Under the pieces are notes generated by a model, which worked only from the letters and a program-made list of their open reading frames with translations, made no database searches and was not told where the DNA came from. Shown in pieces: positions 61,598-64,000 of a DNA stretch of 64,000 bases. The position numbers and the translations under genes were made by a program. The DNA is from Phoronis australis. Lineage: Eukaryota; Animalia; Phoronida. How positions within the stretch are numbered: the first letter of the stretch is position 1; the number at the start of each line of letters is the position of its first letter. The stretch spans positions 62,001 to 126,000 of the forward strand of contig NMRA01000242.1 in assembly GCA_002633005.1 (NCBI GenBank). Direction: 5' to 3'.

Positions 61598-62120
61598 TAC
61601 CTTGCTGTATTTTGACGAGTCTTCATACAGCTAGCTGGCTGGCTAAGAGTCCCTCTACGCGCATCCACAAATACTCAAAAGATTAGGGAAGTTAGCTGAG
61701 TCCCCATTTGGGCACTAGTTGGATATAATGGACCCTAACTTATTCCAAATAAATCCATTAAATGTAGGTCTAAATGAATGATTTTGGTATCGTTGCATTC
61801 CTCAGACATCTGGCTATTCGTACAAATCATTTTCACGACCCTCAATTACTCTAGTCTATAGCTACGCTGTTCCGAACTCGGTCCACTTTAGCCATGCGCA
61901 TCGTGAAATCGGCAGCCATTTCAGGGAACTTACTGTATCTAGCGACATCTATCGGCGATTTGCTACAACATGTGCTGTTCCTTTTTCATCAGTCAACGTC
62001 ATTGGTCGATTTCGTCAATATTATTAACGTCAGTCGTTATTAATCATCTGCTCTCGTCATCACCTTCGTCGTCTCTCTCACGATCGTATCTGTCATCGTC
62101 ATGTTATCGTCGTCCATGTT

Positions 62121-62302
62121 NNNNNNNNNNNNNNNNNNNNNNNNNNNNNNNNNNNNNNNNNNNNNNNNNNNNNNNNNNNNNNNNNNNNNNNNNNNNNNNN
62201 NNNNNNNNNNNNNNNNNNNNNNNNNNNNNNNNNNNNNNNNNNNNNNNNNNNNNNNNNNNNNNNNNNNNNNNNNNNNNNNNNNNNNNNNNNNNNNNNNNNN
62301 NN
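62121..62302. other. Assembly gap
   Basis: Run of 182 N. Confidence 0.99.
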
Positions 62303-62562
62303 TTTTCTTGGCCTTTTTCTGTGTGGTTTTTTGTCCTTTCAAAAGGCGGCAGCACATGACGACCATAGGTGTCATTAAAAAATGGCTGCCGAAAAGCAAT
62401 GCACAGTTGAACAACTCGGCTTAAGTAAAAGAAAACGTTTGAATCAACGAATACTATATATTTGTGAGAGCTAAATCAAGTCCTATTCAGATCATAACTT
62501 TGAAGTGGAATAATTGGGTGAGTAAGACAACAAGCCGGTTTTATGCTTAGGCGGACGACTAT
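62303..62562 (+). repeat. Second copy of 59005-59235 plus 59738-59765, without the hAT insertion
   Basis: tttcttggcctttttctgtgtgg...gaagtggaataattgggtgagta...caacaagcc.gttttatgcttaggcggacgac is shared. Confidence 0.9.
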
Positions 62563-62657
62563 AGGGTTTCGGAGTGTACCTTGCAAGCGTAGAACAAGAT
62601 GGATACCTTTGGATGCAGCTGGAGTCTTTAAATCCTTCCCACTTGAAAAAGCAGATC

Positions 62658-62750
62658 AGAGGGGTGGACCTGTCTATTGGCTCACTTAATAGAGGGGTGG
62701 ACCTGTCTATGGGCTCACTTAACAGAGGGGTGGACCTGTCTATTTTCTCA
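62658..62750. repeat. 33-bp tandem repeat, ~3 copies
   Basis: agaggggtggacctgtctat at 62658, 62691 and 62724. Confidence 0.9.
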
Positions 62751-63303
62751 CAGATTGACTCATCTTGGATCGGACCATTTTGATTTTTGCCGACCGACTC
62801 TACCTTCCATCTCTACTTCTTGTAGTATTTTGAATGCATGCTTGGGTGTGGTGTGATGATTTTGTGAAAACCCGTGATTGTTACCAGGTTGCTAAATGAA
62901 ATCTGAGGTCGCATTGACGACCTACCAAATTGAACACTGATTGTGAATCATTTTGTTGGATATTGCCAATTGTGCTCTTTTGAAAAGAATCCTGGACGCG
63001 TGAGGTCCGTTTTAATTGCATATGCTTGTCTTGTCACCTACCTTCAGTTGGCAAGTTTCTCATTTATGTGATGTGGACATGAAATGTTGTTCAACACTAG
63101 TTACAGCAAAATTATGTTCAAAGGGGTACAATGCCAGCAATGTGAGCAACGAATGGAGGTCTCCATTGTTGCTCACATACAAAATTCAATTAAATTGTGT
63201 CTTTCATTGTCTTCAATTTCCACAGTCATCAATGTTCAAAAATTAATATTTCCCTCATTTGAAATCCAAATTGTTTCAATAAAATCATGATTTTGTTGTT
63301 AAG

Positions 63304-63506
63304 GTGATGGTGCTTGGCTGGTAGCTCATAGGGCCGAACAGCGCAAACAGTTCAAAGCTGTTTTGTGTGCCAAACCTCTGAGGACGTACTCGAGATTACG
63401 TGAAGAGAGAAAGAAAGCAGAAAGAAAAGCAGCAAAGAAAAGCACTTTGGTGGAAGTAGATGATGAAGGGGAGGATGAGAATCAAACTCTGGATGGCTTT
63501 TATCTG
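63304..63506 (+). CDS. Candidate isolated coding exon of an unidentified gene
   Basis: ttttgttgttaag acceptor, ctg|gtaaac donor; open frame DGAWLVAHRAEQRKQFKAVLCAKPLRTYSRLREERKKAERKAAKKSTLVEVDDEGEDENQTLDGFYL. Confidence 0.45.
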
Positions 63507-63918
63507 GTAAACTGTTGAACAATTATCTGCTTAACTGTTGAACATTTATCTGGTAAACTGTTATGACTCAGAAATCAGAAATACATGATTTGTATTCATC
63601 AACTTATTTACTAATGTAATATTTACAATGAGGGTATCCCCATTAGATCACACTGCTTTCCATGTAATGGGCTCCCTCAATTATGAATGAATCATGTTCA
63701 GTCATATAACATGATTTTATTAAGATATGCACTTGAGGATCTTAACATGTGTGCATCACATGACACCAATTTTGAAAGGTGATCTTTTACATAATAGGAT
63801 TATTAGTGCAGTGAGTTCCAAATTTTGCTGTCTTATGCAATGAAATGAATAGAGTTGGGTGATTATTTCTGCCCGTAGTTTGTATATTGGCAAAAATGAT
63901 CATCTTCCTTGAGCATAT

Positions 63919-63992
63919 AGACATACATACATACAAACATACATACGTACGAACATACATACGTACAAACATACATACGTACATATGGACAT
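63919..63992. repeat. Imperfect (ACAT)n microsatellite, possibly part of another DINE-like element
   Basis: Directly visible at the window edge. Confidence 0.8.
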
Positions 63993-64000
63993 GGCATTAA

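Noticed and set aside
61970-62424. ORFs containing X runs
   Set aside because: Artefacts of the assembly gap.

Overview
Eukaryotic (invertebrate animal-like) genomic DNA with spliceosomal introns; no bacterial-type systems, rRNA, intact tRNA or CRISPR array seen. Two genes are confidently identified and face each other tail to tail: a complete 5-exon Wnt11-type gene (+, 21341-36396, 353 aa) and a 9-coding-exon NKAP gene (-, 56233-41649, 363 aa). Hand splicing also recovers a gene the ORF track misses (+, ~6272-12154, at least 7 exons). It encodes a helical N-terminus resembling a divergent FCHSD/srGAP-type F-BAR domain, followed by a ~460-aa acidic repeat tail with no SH3 or RhoGAP domain; this is the best novelty candidate. 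Also present are the last exon of an upstream gene (471-638), an orphan exon (63304-63506), many non-autonomous DNA transposons and several minisatellites. The transposons include a Helentron/DINE-1-like family carrying CTCF-consensus motifs, plus hAT-, pogo/Tc1-, Harbinger- and Kolobok-like elements, some nested or paired with an empty site. A visible CpG contrast suggests mosaic gene-body methylation. All family calls are by eye, without database searches.
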